Source of the DNA: Azolla caroliniana
Lineage: Eukaryota > Plantae > Polypodiophyta
Length of the DNA stretch: 64,000 bases
Assembly: GCA_043228905.1 (NCBI GenBank)
Contig: JBHGNT010000004.1
Coordinates: forward strand, 5,022,001-5,086,000
Direction of reading: 5' to 3'
Positions 1 through 13,837 of the stretch are shown piece after piece (the first letter of the stretch is position 1; each line of letters opens with the position of its first letter). Under the pieces are notes generated by a model that was not told the origin of the DNA, did not search any database, and was given only the letters and a program-made list of their open reading frames with translations. The translations under genes were made by a program, and so were the position numbers.

Positions 1-790
1 CCCTTTTTCCAAGTTATCAGTCATTAGCTCAGATGTAAATTTCTTTGGTCTCATAAAAGCCACTCAGAGAGACTAATTGATAATTTCATTTCTATTGGCT
101 TCTAGGAGAGGAATTTTATGTTATAATTGCCATCTTATTATACGTTGATATCGGGTGGATCTAGAAGTGTATTCTGAGGAGAGCAAAAGTTAATTATCTT
201 TATTAAATAGAAATGTCTAGATTACCTTGTCCTAGTGTAACACGATCTCGTTTGCACTCACATATAGGGTAATTCTGTTATAAACAAGGATAGCCTCTTT
301 TGAGAAGACAGTTACTAGCTTCAAGGGACGATATACTGCATAGAAAGTTCAAAAGGAGTCTGTGTGATATATATGGCCAAGTTCAAGCTTTAGCGTACCA
401 AATCTTTGCAGTGCAGGTTGTAGGATGAAGTTCAGATGCATGAGAACTTGACCTATACTCCATTGGTCGATATACTGCATAGAAAGTTCAAAAGGAATCT
501 GTGTGATCAAGTGGTCTGCTTTTCCCAAATCTTATCTCAGATGCATGAGAAATGGCTATTGGCATCAATCATTAGGTCATCTGGTGACCTACTTGCAAGT
601 TTCAAAAAAGTTCTGCATTCAGAGACTTGGGTGATTCTTGAGAAAATGCTTTATGCATTGATCCTCCATTTTATTCCTGTCAACTGGCCATTTCTGCCCT
701 AGGGAGATTAAAATTAAGCATTGGAAAACTACCCCCCGTTTTACTCACAATTTGTGAAAGGAGAAAGAAAGAAATGTCTGATTTGTCCAG

Positions 791-973
791 TGTTAGAATG
801 AAAATTCTGTTTGCACTTCAAAGTTTTGTAGTGTCAAGAACCCTCATGATCATAAATGAACAAGGTAATAAGTCAGTCAAAGGACATTGCTGGGTGGTTT
901 CAATACTTAATTTGGGTTGACATTTCTTTTCTTCTCTTTTGCAGGAACTGTTAGGGCTGTACGGGATGACTAA
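791..973 (+). CDS. Possible last two coding exons of an unidentified upstream gene (791-864, 945-973)
   Basis: Splice signals are CAG|791, 864|GTAAT and a strong polypyrimidine tract ending TTTTGCAG|945. The spliced frame is open (VRMKILFALQSFVVSRTLMIINEQ/GTVRAVRDD*). The protein is not recognised. Confidence 0.3.
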
Positions 974-2039
974 AACTTCTTTATAGTGAACTTATTTGGG
1001 GATCAGCATAAAAAACATTACAACAGATTCCATATCTCACTTCTGTCCACTTATACTTTAATGTTTTGATATCATAAATAGTCTGAAACGTTGTTGGGCT
1101 TTGCCTTTAATTCTTTGATGATGTAAGAGAATTGGATGCATGAAGGGTGCTAGATTCTAGGGTTTTGGGCAATTTATGGTTAATAAAAGGCAGATATTTA
1201 TACTTCTTGCCAAGTCAATTTTGGCACTGCACATATTTTGAACTGTTTTTAACAAATTCTTGTTTGCCTTCCATTATCCTTTCTGCAGCTTGCTTCACCT
1301 CTCACTCTTCTCATATCCTTGTATGTCCATTAGGTACTCTGTTTCACACATGCAAAATACCTTTAATCTTTCTGTTAATGTCATGAAATTCTATTTTGGG
1401 TTTGATGTGAATAAGTACTCCTGTAAGACACATATTTCTCATGGAAATATTAAAGCTGTAGCCATTACTTCAATGGTCATGTGTCTTCCAATGATGTAAT
1501 GGGATGTATATATTCTATTCTCTCTTTTAGGAATTATAACCTTTTGATGTTGTTTTGCAAGCTTATATTATCATGTACATTTTGTTACCCTTTCTCTTGC
1601 AATAGAAATATCATGGGTTGATATAGTTTGAAGGAGTAGTAGCTAAATATATATCTATTGGAAAGCAACCAAGTATTCAATATTTTTGCTATTCAGATGC
1701 TAGATTTAGGTTATCATTATCCCAACAGTTTATAAGTAATCATTTTACGTGTTGTCTGTGAACGTTGTTACATATATTAATGTGTAATCATTTTAAGTGA
1801 GCTTTACTTTAATTCGATAGTATCATTTCATTGGTTATGTGGTGAAATTTATTTTTTTATTTAGTGTCAGAAAGTTTGCTAAATTGAATCATGTTATATC
1901 TGGTTTTGAAATTATAATTTTTCAGTAATATTGGTTTTCCACAACACTATTGTAATTGGAATACATTTTATTGTATGGACGAAATTGTCAACATGTGTTG
2001 AGGTTCAAAGTGAGTTAATATAAGATAAGGACATGGAGG

Positions 2040-2988
2040 CTACGTAAGGTCAGTTGGGACCCTTTGCAATGGACATGGTGTGATCCCTATGCGGGGCAAG
2101 GAAGCAAACCCATCCCTTTCTTCCAATTCACAACTAGATTGGGTCGTCACATTCTAGTTGCTCAAGCCGCCTAAGAACTAGATGTTGTGAAGGTTTGGCA
2201 CACATTTCAAGTTCTTTCCACAATAATCACCAAGTTTTGGCAGAAAATCTAGAAACAACAACACGCGAGGCGAATTACCATGTTCCAATGGCTATTAATA
2301 CATAGGTCCTTATGGTGGGAGCATCGCAACGTCGGAACCTTAGCTTTCCTAATTGTGTAGAGTGCCCACATGCAATAGAATCCATACGACATGCTTTGTG
2401 GGACTGCCCAACGGCCCATCGAATATGGCTGGGGGTTGGCCGCTTGTTGTAATTATGCCAGGTGCAAGGCTCAACCAAGTGGGGAAATATATGTTGGCTA
2501 TCATGGCAGGCTGCAATTGGCAGATATGAGCATCAGGAGGAGGGGATGACTTTGGTGATAAAAGCACAAGAGGTCCTTTTCTCCTCCATCGGCAATGTCC
2601 ACTCCATTCCTCTTAATGACAAATCTCAAGAGGTGTTGGAATTGGTCAACCCAATAAACCTTTGGATTCTTTGGAAACAACGATGTAGGCGAGTCTTCTC
2701 CAACCAAACCACCCATCCAACAAGGTTATTGCAAGAGATATGGAGTGAAATTGTAGCCACTTTGAAGAGCCAATATGATGGCCTTAAGGGCGGCTCCTAG
2801 GGAGTTGAAAGACAACGAATAGCCTTCATCCAACAATGGTCGTCCTCTCCCTTTCTTGAGTCCGTGGGCACCCACATAAGATGGAACTATTGCGTCCCTT
2901 TAGTTTTAGGGATTTGTACATAATCGTCTCATTTGTAAAATTGTATAACTAATGGAAGGAGTTTTTTTTTTTGGAAAAAAGAAAAGAA
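2040..2988 (+). mobile_element. 5'-truncated L1-type LINE (3' end of ORF2, degenerate) with A-rich tail and 13-bp TSD
   Basis: Encodes a zf-RVT-like motif (FQWLLIH...CVECPHAIESIRHALWDCPTAHRIW, ~2280-2430) and LWILWKQRCRRVFS. A-rich tail at ~2975-2990. TSD AAGGACATGGAGG at 2027-2039 and 2989-3001. Confidence 0.8.
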
Positions 2989-5900
2989 AAGGACATGGAG
3001 GTTCCTTCGGCTCCTTACGTTCCTTCTATTTTATAAACTAAAAACATTCAAGGAGGAGGGTATGTGATGATTTGAAATGTCATTTGAATATAATAAACAT
3101 CTAGATATGATTTTATTGCTTATTGGAAGGTAGTTGATGGATCTATGATTCATTAGTTGTAATGGAATTGGTTGTTGGACAAATAGAATGTTTTTGACCC
3201 CATTGGAAAAACTTGCATATGGTTGTATATACATAAATAATCAAGTAAACAAAAAACAAGAAGACCTTGCCAACTCTTACACCAACCACCCTTTGTGCAA
3301 ACAATATGATAGTTGTAGAAAATTACCCACCAATTTAAGATGCTTTCACATCATTGTAAATTTTTATGTAGTGTGGGATTTTTTGAGCTTGAAGCACTCT
3401 TAAAGTAGTGGGCCAAGCAAAAACCTCCATTTAAGGCACATGCACATTCTTTGATCAATGGCAAATTCTAATAGATACATTTAAACCTTTATTTATACCA
3501 AATTAATGGCTTTTATATATTCTATTGTCTACATTGCATTGCATATCCCAATAAGAATGCACATCTTTCACTAACAACGATTTGTACCACATGTATTTTA
3601 ACGTTGATTTCTACACATTTGAAATCATTATGGACATGATACATCTATCCATGATTTGGATTGTAGAGTAGCACTGAATATACTAATTGAAATGGTCAAC
3701 AAGAACTAACAACTAGATGTCCACCTTTAAGGCATATACTTGATCATGCTTTGAATGGCTTTCCAAATATGTGAATGGTTCATGCTTAAGAGATATCTTT
3801 TGTTGGCTCATTAGAATGTCATACATTTCCATAATACTTATTGATAGCTTGAATGGTGAATATACCCTGTGTGATATCATGAATGACACATCAATTGTTA
3901 TTTTTAAAAATATTGAATTCATTTGTATGGGTTCTAATCATATAGAGTTCCCTTCTTAACCATCTCGACCTTTCCATTTAAAGTGTTACAGTCATTTATT
4001 CCAACTAAATAATAAACTAGTACTAGGAGGCTATCCATATACCTTCAAAATGACAAAGACTACTAGCCTGCAATGGTCTAATAATAAAATCGATCATTTT
4101 TAGCATAAGTTTGCAACCAAGAGTGTGCATAGAGGCATTTATTCAACAAAATGAAGTAGAAATGTAGCTTTTCTAGTAAGCAAGTTTGCTCATAAATTGA
4201 AAATCTAGTTCCATATAGGCTTGGGAATAGTTCTTTAACAAGTAAATTGCTATAGGTTTGGGAATAGTTCCAAGGTTAATAGGAAATTTCCTTTCTTATG
4301 ACATCTTTAACATGAATCTATCAAATTTCTTTCCATGCCAACTAATAATTGGCCCTTAGAAATTGGTACATGCAATAAGTGTAGATTTCGTGATTCATAA
4401 TTTGACTAAGAGGTTAATTCGGTAACTCCAATATTGCATTTATCTTCTCTAACACGCATTGAATTTGTACTTTTCTGGATGAATTCCATGCCATATGATA
4501 GCTAGACTTCCAAACCAACCCATTTGGATGTAACATATTTCCTCATCAACAAAGAGAATGTCATTGTTCGATTTTTAAAAAAGTTGGCATCATGAAATTT
4601 TGCTCCAAGAGAGATTTGCTACATGTGTTCACCAAGGTGAGTTCACTAAAGGTTGGAATGAGCAAGATGTCTATGATTGAGGATGAATTTCATGAGTCAA
4701 TGATTATGCATAGAAACATTGTATGTCTCTTCATTTCATCCATGTGTGGATAATGAGACCCATGATCCATCTATGAGAAAGTGACACATGGCACTCTCCA
4801 TTATGAAACTAAGAAATGGCACCTCTACAAGTAAAGTTGATAAAGAATGACAATTTTGGATAAGAAATCACTCCGTTGTAATTTCAAAACACCAATGTTG
4901 AACTCGCAAGGGAGAACAACAATAGAAAATTTAGTTAAATACAAGTGTATCATGTATATTCAACAAGATTGGTTAGTTTGGAGATCTAACTCCATTAAAA
5001 GTTGAAGTTATAGTTCTACAACCATTGAAAAATTCTTAATAATGCTCCCTATTTTTAATTGTATCCATTGTAAGTAAGTTATCAACGTTCCATACCAAAT
5101 GTCTCAAGGGGATTTTTTTTTCTTACTTACTTTCTCTAGGCCACTTCTAGGGGCATTAGCACGTCATCATCATCATCCATATATATTATTAACATAGTGG
5201 TTTTTATACCTCCATATTGGTTTGACGCTCACTAATGTCACTATTTTAGTAGTTGACAATATCATTGAATGTAGGTGACTTGCATGATCATATGGTCTTC
5301 ATCGGACAAACTTCTCTCTCTCTCTCTCTCTCTCTCAAAACACACAATCGTATCAATTACATATGAAAACACTATAATGTTACTACAACTATTTTGATGT
5401 CGCCATTACATTGGTAATGGAACATGTTGAACCCCAATAGGCACAAAGAACACCCAAATGAGGATAGAATTTCAACTTGCTCGAACGCGCAAAATTGCAA
5501 CTTCACTATGACCTTTTGTAAACATGCTCTAACTCCATATCTATTATTAAATATGGAAACATTGCTCATATCCCAATTATAACACAATCCCGAACACTTC
5601 AAAAGAGAAAAATCCGCATTGCATCAAATAGCAAGGTGACAAAACTTGCCAAATCTAAGAAATATAATCTCAAATTTGACAAATAATCAATGATGGTTTG
5701 AAACAATGACTATCTTACAATAGAACCATGCAAAAGAAGAAGAAGAAAATCATCTACCAACAGTCCACACATCCCCCCCCCGAGTTGATCCCCAAGACTC
5801 CTTAAAGAGGCAAATAATTACAAATTAAGATTGAGGGTGTCTTTAGAAAGGCTCGTGGGGGCCAAGGTGAGCGTGACGGAGTTGGCCAAAGTTGATCACG

Positions 5901-6553
5901 ATTCCGTAGGTTCTTCAGTCCATGTCACGAACAGAGCAGTACAATAGTCTTAAACATATCTTGAGGGCCATCTTCATTCTGTCTCTCTGTCTCTCTCTGT
6001 CTCTCTCATGATTGGATAAATACCAAATTTGTTGTAAACCAACTGTCTCATGGGCCAAATTTGGCCTTAAGAAGACGTTAATATATCTTTCTTTCTTTCT
6101 TCTCTCTCTATGGACGCTAAAAATATGTATCTATCGATGGTTCGATGCTTGACATGGGCTAGGCCATGTCTCATACACAGATTGTAATCGATCTCCTATG
6201 GACATAAGACGAATGTCTCCTTGTCTCTGTCTCTGTGTCCTGTGAATGGGAGAAAGCCAAGAGGACTCTTGAGTGTCGGAGGATGGTGGTGGTGGAGTGG
6301 TTAGTAGCCATATCCACAATGAAGAGAATTATCGATGATAAAAGGAGCCCAGATGCGTGTGTAAGATATCACTAATGTGTGCCCCTAGAAAAAGCTGGTT
6401 TTATAATGAAGTATGTATGAACAATCTCTCTCTCTCTCTCTGCCTTTTCTCTGTCTCTCACACACACAGATTTGTCTTTACCTTTAGAACGAGATCTTCT
6501 CTACAGAAGAGGCCCTCTCTGTTTCTTCTACCCTTCAACCTCCCTCTCACCGT

Positions 6554-6564
<11 letters not shown>

Positions 6565-6629
<65 letters not shown>

Positions 6630-6645
6630 AAGACAGAGACAGAGA
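6565..6645. repeat. (GA)n/(GACA)n microsatellite upstream of the ARI gene
   Basis: Directly visible dinucleotide and tetranucleotide run. A telo-box-like TTTAGGGTTT follows at 6701-6710. Confidence 0.9.
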
Positions 6646-6837
6646 AGAGGGTGTCCCGTTCCTGTGATTGTTACGTTGCATAAAGAAACACCAGATGTGT
6701 TTTAGGGTTTCGTCAAATTCCTGCAGAGCAGACCTCGTCATAAAGTAATAAAAAAAAAACTGTCAAAAAAAATCAATAGAGAAAGCCAAAAAAAGGAGAA
6801 ATCGAATTCCTTTTGCTTTTTCCTTCTCTTGCTAAGA

Positions 6838-9800
6838 ATGGATTCGGAGGAGGACATGCATGATGCCATGGAGAGCACGTCCGAGTGTGAGCAACAATAT
6901 GAGAGCGATATTATGCCTTCTGATGATGATGATGATGATGATGATGAAGATGATGATGAACGCAATCAGAGTGAGGAGTCCGATTATGGATTTGATGAGA
7001 ATGGAATGGATGAGGAGGAGGACGACGATTCTCTACCTTCCTTTCGTCGCTCGCAGGTAATCTGTTTAACTTGGTAAGGTCATATAAACCTTTTTATTGA
7101 TTTGCATTTGTTTTCATTGAGCTTCAGCTCAGGTAATCTGTTTTTTTCTTTCTTTAGTTTAAGCTCAAGTAATAAAAAAATTCTAGTTTGGATTCAGGTT
7201 AAATTCAGGTAATTTGTTTCATTATCTTAATTCGATCTAGTTTCGCGCTAGCTACAACTGCTGCCTTAAACTTGCGAGCACCATTTTTACAATAATGCAT
7301 GTAGAAATGTATGTAAATCTCAGGCTACATATACCATTATGCTCTGACGATCCATGTTTTCAGGAGATAATGTTTCGTTCTAGCTTAAGCTCACTGACAT
7401 CATGTGAAGAGTACTTCATATACAATACATGATCATTCAGGATGCGTGTATTATTCTGAGTGAGAAAAATCTATTTGCTTGTCTTAGCTCAAGGTCATCA
7501 GAACCATGATTACAGTATCGTATATAACATCTTTTCAGGCTACATATACCATTACCTGTAAGAAAATACTGTTTCATTTCTCTGAGCTCAATCTCATTTG
7601 CACCATTTTTGTAGTAATGCATATACAAATATGTTATCTTGCAGTTTTACAATCCTCGAAGGAAAATTTGTTTTATTTGTCTACATAAAGCTCACGTCAC
7701 TATGTTTACAGTAATGCATACACAAATATGTTAACTTCACAGGCTGCGTATACTGTTCTGAGTGAGAAAGATATCAATCAACGACAAGAAGAGGCTGTGC
7801 AAAGTGTGGCGACAGTTTTGGATATCTCACCAACACAAGCTGGCATCCTTTTACGAAATTATAAATGGTATTATTACTTTAGAATTTTAGTAGAGTTCAT
7901 CATTGTAATTACTAATTGGGCTATTGTTACTTCTGCCCAGTTTCTTAATGTCATAAATGGTGATCTCTCTCTATGGAATGAGGCTTTATGACCTTCAAAC
8001 ATTGCTCATCTACCTTTTGATGAAAATACAAATCTCATTTATGTACATTGTAGAGTGTAGATATATGTGCATAATAGTATTCATATCTGGCCTTCATAAA
8101 TTTGACTTTCATTTGTTTTTAGGACTCCCTAATAGTATGATTGGATCATTCGAGTAAATCTTGAGTTTGAATATAGTAATATGATGTACATCATAAGTTA
8201 GAGTGTTATTTCTTTTTATGAGCTACAAAAATCTTTCTCCATCGTAAAAAGATGTTTGCATCCTATTGATTATAACTTAACTGACCTGAACTCATGAGTT
8301 GCCATCTTTTCTTCAGAAAGAAAAATAGTGAAAGCTGCAATTCAGACAATGTAATAAACTAAATCTATAGTAGGTGGAGGTTGATCTATCATCTATTGGA
8401 CAACACTATTACATTCAATATGCAATAGATTCCAATTTGGGTGTCAAATAGATCAATGGAAAAAGTTAAACCTAAATTAGCTCAAACAATAATGACATTA
8501 GAACAATAAAAGATAGACCCTAGAATTTCTTTGTTAGTCTTTGATTCCTTTGCAATGTTTAATTTGAAAATAATTGATTTGCCTTCCTTACAGTGCATTC
8601 CACTGAGAGAACAATCTATTATTCATTATGATCCATGTTCAAAATAGCATGAAAAACCTAAATTAGTTAAATGTAATGAATGCATAGAATGGCAGGCCAA
8701 TGTAGATGTTATCAATGCATTCAACTCATGTGGGCAGTGGTAACATAAAAGTGGAGTACGAGAGATAGCGTATAAAATGGGGCTCTCATTGCCTGGTACA
8801 TTGGCTTTTCTGTGAGAATGTCTGTTATTGGTAATTTGGCTAGTAAAGCATGGGAATAGCCTCCTCAATACATACTACTGAATGATCATGCTCTAAAGGG
8901 AAAATGAAAATAAAAGCAAACCAATATTATGGTAAATATCCAAGGAGGACAATGTAAATATATGCTACATATTACATCAAACTTGAGAACTGTATGTTTT
9001 GACACATAGTTTGTGTATTGTGAATATCATTCTTATGGCATCCTTACTAATATCATAAACTCCCAAGTTTAGATACGTTGGTTATGAATTGAGCATATAG
9101 CCACTGAGAGCATAGTATTAGTATTTGAGATTTCTTTAGCAAAATCTGAACGCCATGAAGTATATAATACAGTATATGCCATAGGTACATATGAAGAGTT
9201 CAAAGAGTAATATCGGCCATTCTTTGATATTTTCGATACTTCAACATAATTGAGGCTCAACATTTGATTTCTATTCTACTAAAGATTATCAGTATGCTAC
9301 ATGATTGAGAGAGAAACCTACTTTTCAAGATTAAATTCGACATAAAACTATGAGCTGGGTATGGGAACTATTCTGTATACTATGTACTTTCTGAAGAAGC
9401 AACATTTCATCCTAAATTATTTACTGCATTTCTTCTAAAATCTCCTGCACAGAGATTTTCGAGGTTTTGAATAGTGATAGAGTTCAAAGATTTTATCAAT
9501 TTAGAATTAATTTTCATAGCCTTGATTTTGGCTTGCAACCATCAGAGAACATAAGCTACTTCTTTGTAAATGGAAGATTAGGTGTGCAATAAACAATAAT
9601 ATGATTCCTAATTGATTATGGACAATTTCAGCACAGTTATATGTCTTGGTTGGTGTTGCCCATTGTCTTTTCAATGAGAAATGGCTTTATTTTTTCTTTG
9701 ACATCATATATGTATCGATCAAAATACAATATGGGACTCCCCTGTATCATTTACAACGAATGCCACGATTTAACTGCTGAATTACTGTGTTTAGGAGTGT

Positions 9801-12800
9801 CAGCAAAGTGAACGATGAATGGTTTGCAGATGAAGAAGCAGTTCGTAAATCGTTGGGTTTGCTTTTAAGACCTTCAGCTGAACCGGTGTTTGATGCTGGA
9901 GATGTGAGTAGCAATCTGTTTATAATATTTGGGGTTCTTGATTTTTAAAGTTCCAACCATATAGTGTCTGTTTGAACAACAATGCAGCTCACCTGTGGAA
10001 TCTGCTTTGAGTCTTATCCTCTTGATCACATGAAAGCCACTGGGTGCAGACACAATTTTTGTAGGTCTTGCTGGATAGGTAATTTATTTATAACAGAAAA
10101 TATCTCAGGTGTGGTACAATGGTATACTTTCTGCCATGGCACCTATATAATGCTAAGTGAGCATAGTTATGTTGTAATTACGTACAGGCTATATTCATAC
10201 GGCCATTAATGATGGCCCTGGGTGTCTTACATTGAGGTGTCCTGATCCATCCTGTCATGCAACGGTTGGTGAAGATATGGTTCTTTCTTTGGTATCAGAT
10301 CAGGACAGGGTGAAGTATACACGATACGTCCTAAGATCTTATGTTGAGGATAATAGAAAGGTTTGGTCAGCATTTTATTTCGGTGTTTTATTGTATCTAT
10401 TAGCTATTAACTTTAAGTAAATACATCTACAACTCCATGTTTCTTTGTGAAATACAGACAAAATGGTGCCCTGCCCCCAATTGTGAATTTGCTCTGGAGT
10501 TTACCCCTGGAAGTGGTCCATATGACGTTGTTTGCAGATGTGGCTACATTTTTTGTTGGAATGTAAGTTCAGCTGAATTTCTCATAAATCATAATAGAAC
10601 AAATAGTTTTCTGCTTAAATTCTACTGTTTTGTTTGAAGTGTTTGGAAGAGGCCCATAGGCCTGTGGATTGCGATACAGTTGCCAAGTGGATATTGAAAA
10701 ATTCTGCGGAATCCGAGAATATGAATTGGTGAGTAAATTTCTGAACATTGAATGACACTATAGACATTTTTGGGCAGCATTATTTGTTATGGATAACTGC
10801 TGCAACTAGATGCAATGTCTCTTAGATTCACAAATTTTAATTGATTTAATTTGGGGCATTTTTAATGGCCAACATTGTAAGTAGCATTCACTTTGATTTA
10901 TTGCTATTTGTTAACATTGATGCTAGTGATCTGAATTAAATATAAGTTTTTTGGAATATCAGGATTCTTGCAAATTCAAAACCCTGCCCAAAATGTAAGC
11001 GGCCAATAGAGAAGAACCAAGGCTGTATGCATATAACCTGTACACCACCTTGTAAATATGAATTTTGCTGGTGAGGTTTGAACTTGTCTGTTTGATACCT
11101 TCTCAACAAGATTCTGGAAACAAATATCTGATTGCGCAAAGACACATCTCTCTTCTTTTAAAACCGCAGGCTCTGTCTTGGAGCATGGTCTGAGCATGGT
11201 GAGAGAACTGGTGGATTCTATGCATGCAACCGCTATGAAACTGCTAAGCAGGAAGGAGTAGTAAGATCCTTTCTATTACTTATATATTAAGTTAACATCC
11301 ACTGTATCAGAAACATCCCACATTTGCAGTAGTCCAGAAGGATTAACATTTTTATATGATTATAGTATGATGAGGCAGAAAGAAGAAGGGAAATGGCCAA
11401 GAATTCATTGGAACGATACACACATTATTATGAGCGATGGGCTACCAATGAATCAGTTAAGAAATTTCCTTGTGTTGTTGAGCTTGTCAATCACAAGTCC
11501 TATTGTTTTTTTAAAAACTTTTTATTTCAGTCCCGAGCAAAGGCATTATCAGACCTTCAGCAAATGCAAACAGTGCAGGTGTGTATTGTTTTTTTTTGAA
11601 ATAATAATCTGAACTTAGTTTGATTTACATCTCCAGGATTATACATTATACTTTTGATGGGGATACCCATATCTTCTGCCAAGGGCCTTAAACTATTAGC
11701 ATCAGCAGATAATAAGACTAGTTCATCTTTGACATCATAGAGCTGCTGAGGAATTCAAGAGTTTGGTCATTAGAAGAATATGTGTTTATAAGCTATATGT
11801 CATTGGTTATGCACAATTGAGAAAATTTGCCTGCAGATTGAAAAGCTCAGTGATAGGCAGTGTCAACCAGTGTCTCAGCTTAAGTTTATAACTGAAGCCT
11901 GGCTTCAGGTAACAATAATGCTCATTGTGAGGGCTGTTGCAATTCTGAATTGTTTTGATTTTTTTCTTTGAGATAATGTTTTGAACTCATGCTGTTTTCT
12001 CAACTTTTGTAGATAATTGAATGTCGCCGAGTATTGAAATGGACATATGCATATGGTTATTACCTTCCAGAAAACGAGCAAGCTAAGAGACAATTCTTCG
12101 AATATTTACAAGGTATATAGAAATAATAAGTTTGAATAATGAGTCAAATTTTGTTGTAACAATGTAGTAATGGATGTTGGGGAGTATGTCTTTTTTACTA
12201 TGCGATAGATGGAAACACTAATAATACCATATTTCCAGGGGAAGCTGAAGCTGGACTCGAAAGACTTCATAAGTGTGCAGAAAAAGATCTTCAAATTTAT
12301 CTTGAGGGAGATGCACCTAATCCTTCTTTCAATGATTTCCGTACCAAACTTGCAGGATTGACAAGGTGCCTTTTGAGGCTTATTCTACTTCTATGATTTT
12401 GATACTCCCTAAGCCTTCATGATTTCTGCTATTAACTTTATGGTCCAATTACTGTTTTGGTGAAAAAATAGTAACTAGACCATGAAATTAATAGCATACT
12501 TCTTTCATACTCCCAATGTTTTCTTGCTTTCTGCTATTAATTTCCCGTATCATCATCAATTGTGATATCTGATACCATTTGTTTTTAGCGTAATGAAATG
12601 CAGTGAAGACTAGCGTAAAATAATTACACTTGGAAAGAAAATTTTTGAATGGTATTTTTGGAGTTTTGGTATGATAGTGTTGAAATTGATAAGAGTGGGA
12701 GTGTCATCACAGTTCATTAAATCAACATTGTATTTTGCTTGCTATATTTGTTATAGGAAAGGCTTTGATTTCACACTGCAATTGTTTTTCATTTTGTCAC

Positions 12801-13837
12801 GAAGTCAATGCAATGTAGTATCATGATTGGATTGTCAATGTTCCTACATCTCCTGTCAATGTTCATCTCTCATACTTTTATGCACGAAAACACAATGGCA
12901 TGGAATAGTGTCCACCATGTATACCGTTGTAGGGAGTGTCTATGGAACCTGATGTGACAACATAATGACCAGTGGTCTCTTTAATTCTGATCATATGTGG
13001 GCCAAGGGAGTGTAGCTATTAGGGCTTGTCTATAGAACATGGTGGATTATGACCTTCATCTCAAATATTCCTTGTGAACCCTGTTATATAATGAAACCTC
13101 ATAAACTGGGATGCCTCCAATGTTGAGTCTTACATTATGCAGGCTTTTATAAATCTTTCACACGAAAATGTCACGCCCAGTCATATTAATCACACTCATT
13201 CGTATCATACATTTTGTATCATGCATCAGGTGAAGGAATTGCGAAATCATTTGAAAATTCTGTGTTTGTAGCAACTGGTAACTTATTAGAGGACCAGAAA
13301 TTAAAACACAAAGCAGTTAGTTTGAGGTTGAATGGAACATCAAGTGCCTGTGAGAAAAGCATGGGTTGATGCCTGAGCACTTTCCTCCTTTCCTTTTCAT
13401 GAATTGCTAGGAAACTTAGATTGAGCAATTTGTTTGGTCATATGAAAAGATATAACAATATAATCTAGCTGAGATATTTATTTACATCATACATATGATA
13501 TGCTTGGGATTTCATGGCACAAATTTCTAACTCATTGTTCCATTATTTCACTGTATTTGTACAATCAATCGTCAATATGTATGAGTCTTTCAAGCATTTT
13601 TTATAACCAAGTAGTATTTGTACTTTGTTTTCTTCGGGCAGTGTGACGAAGACATACTTTGAGAATCTTGTCAGAGCTCTTGAAAATGGATTGGAAGATG
13701 TAGACAACTCTAAAGGTTCAAGTAAAGCAGGTTGCAGTTCGAGGTCTGTGGGCAGTTCTAAAGCAAGGAATGGAAGAACGAAATCTGGGAGCTCTAAAGT
13801 GGGGTCAGGTAGAACAGGAGACGATCATCATCATTGA
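6838..13837 (+). CDS. ARI8: ARIADNE-family RBR (RING1-IBR-RING2) E3 ubiquitin ligase, ARI7/ARI8-like, 15 exons
   Basis: GT-AG exons read: 6838-7056, 7743-7867, 9795-9903, 9988-10078, 10188-10360, 10458-10562, 10640-10728, 10963-11070, 11170-11260, 11366-11455, 11531-11578, 11837-11908, 12013-12112, 12239-12365, 13642-13837. Domains are an acidic N-terminus, RING1 (CGICFE...CRHNFCRSC), IBR (KWCPAPNC...[15 protein letters not shown]), RING2 ([21 protein letters not shown]...EFCWLC) and the Ariadne domain ([26 protein letters not shown]). The exact paralogue (ARI7 vs ARI8) cannot be resolved. Confidence 0.93.

Noticed and set aside
328-507. ~40-bp direct repeat (CGATATACTGCATAGAAAGTTCAAAAGGA)
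   Set aside because: Small local duplication in probable intron sequence with no further structure.
3050-5200. Possible decayed DNA-transposon coding sequence (a CKFFQW GRF-like word on the minus strand near 3200)
   Set aside because: Too many stops and no termini. A family cannot be supported without a profile search.
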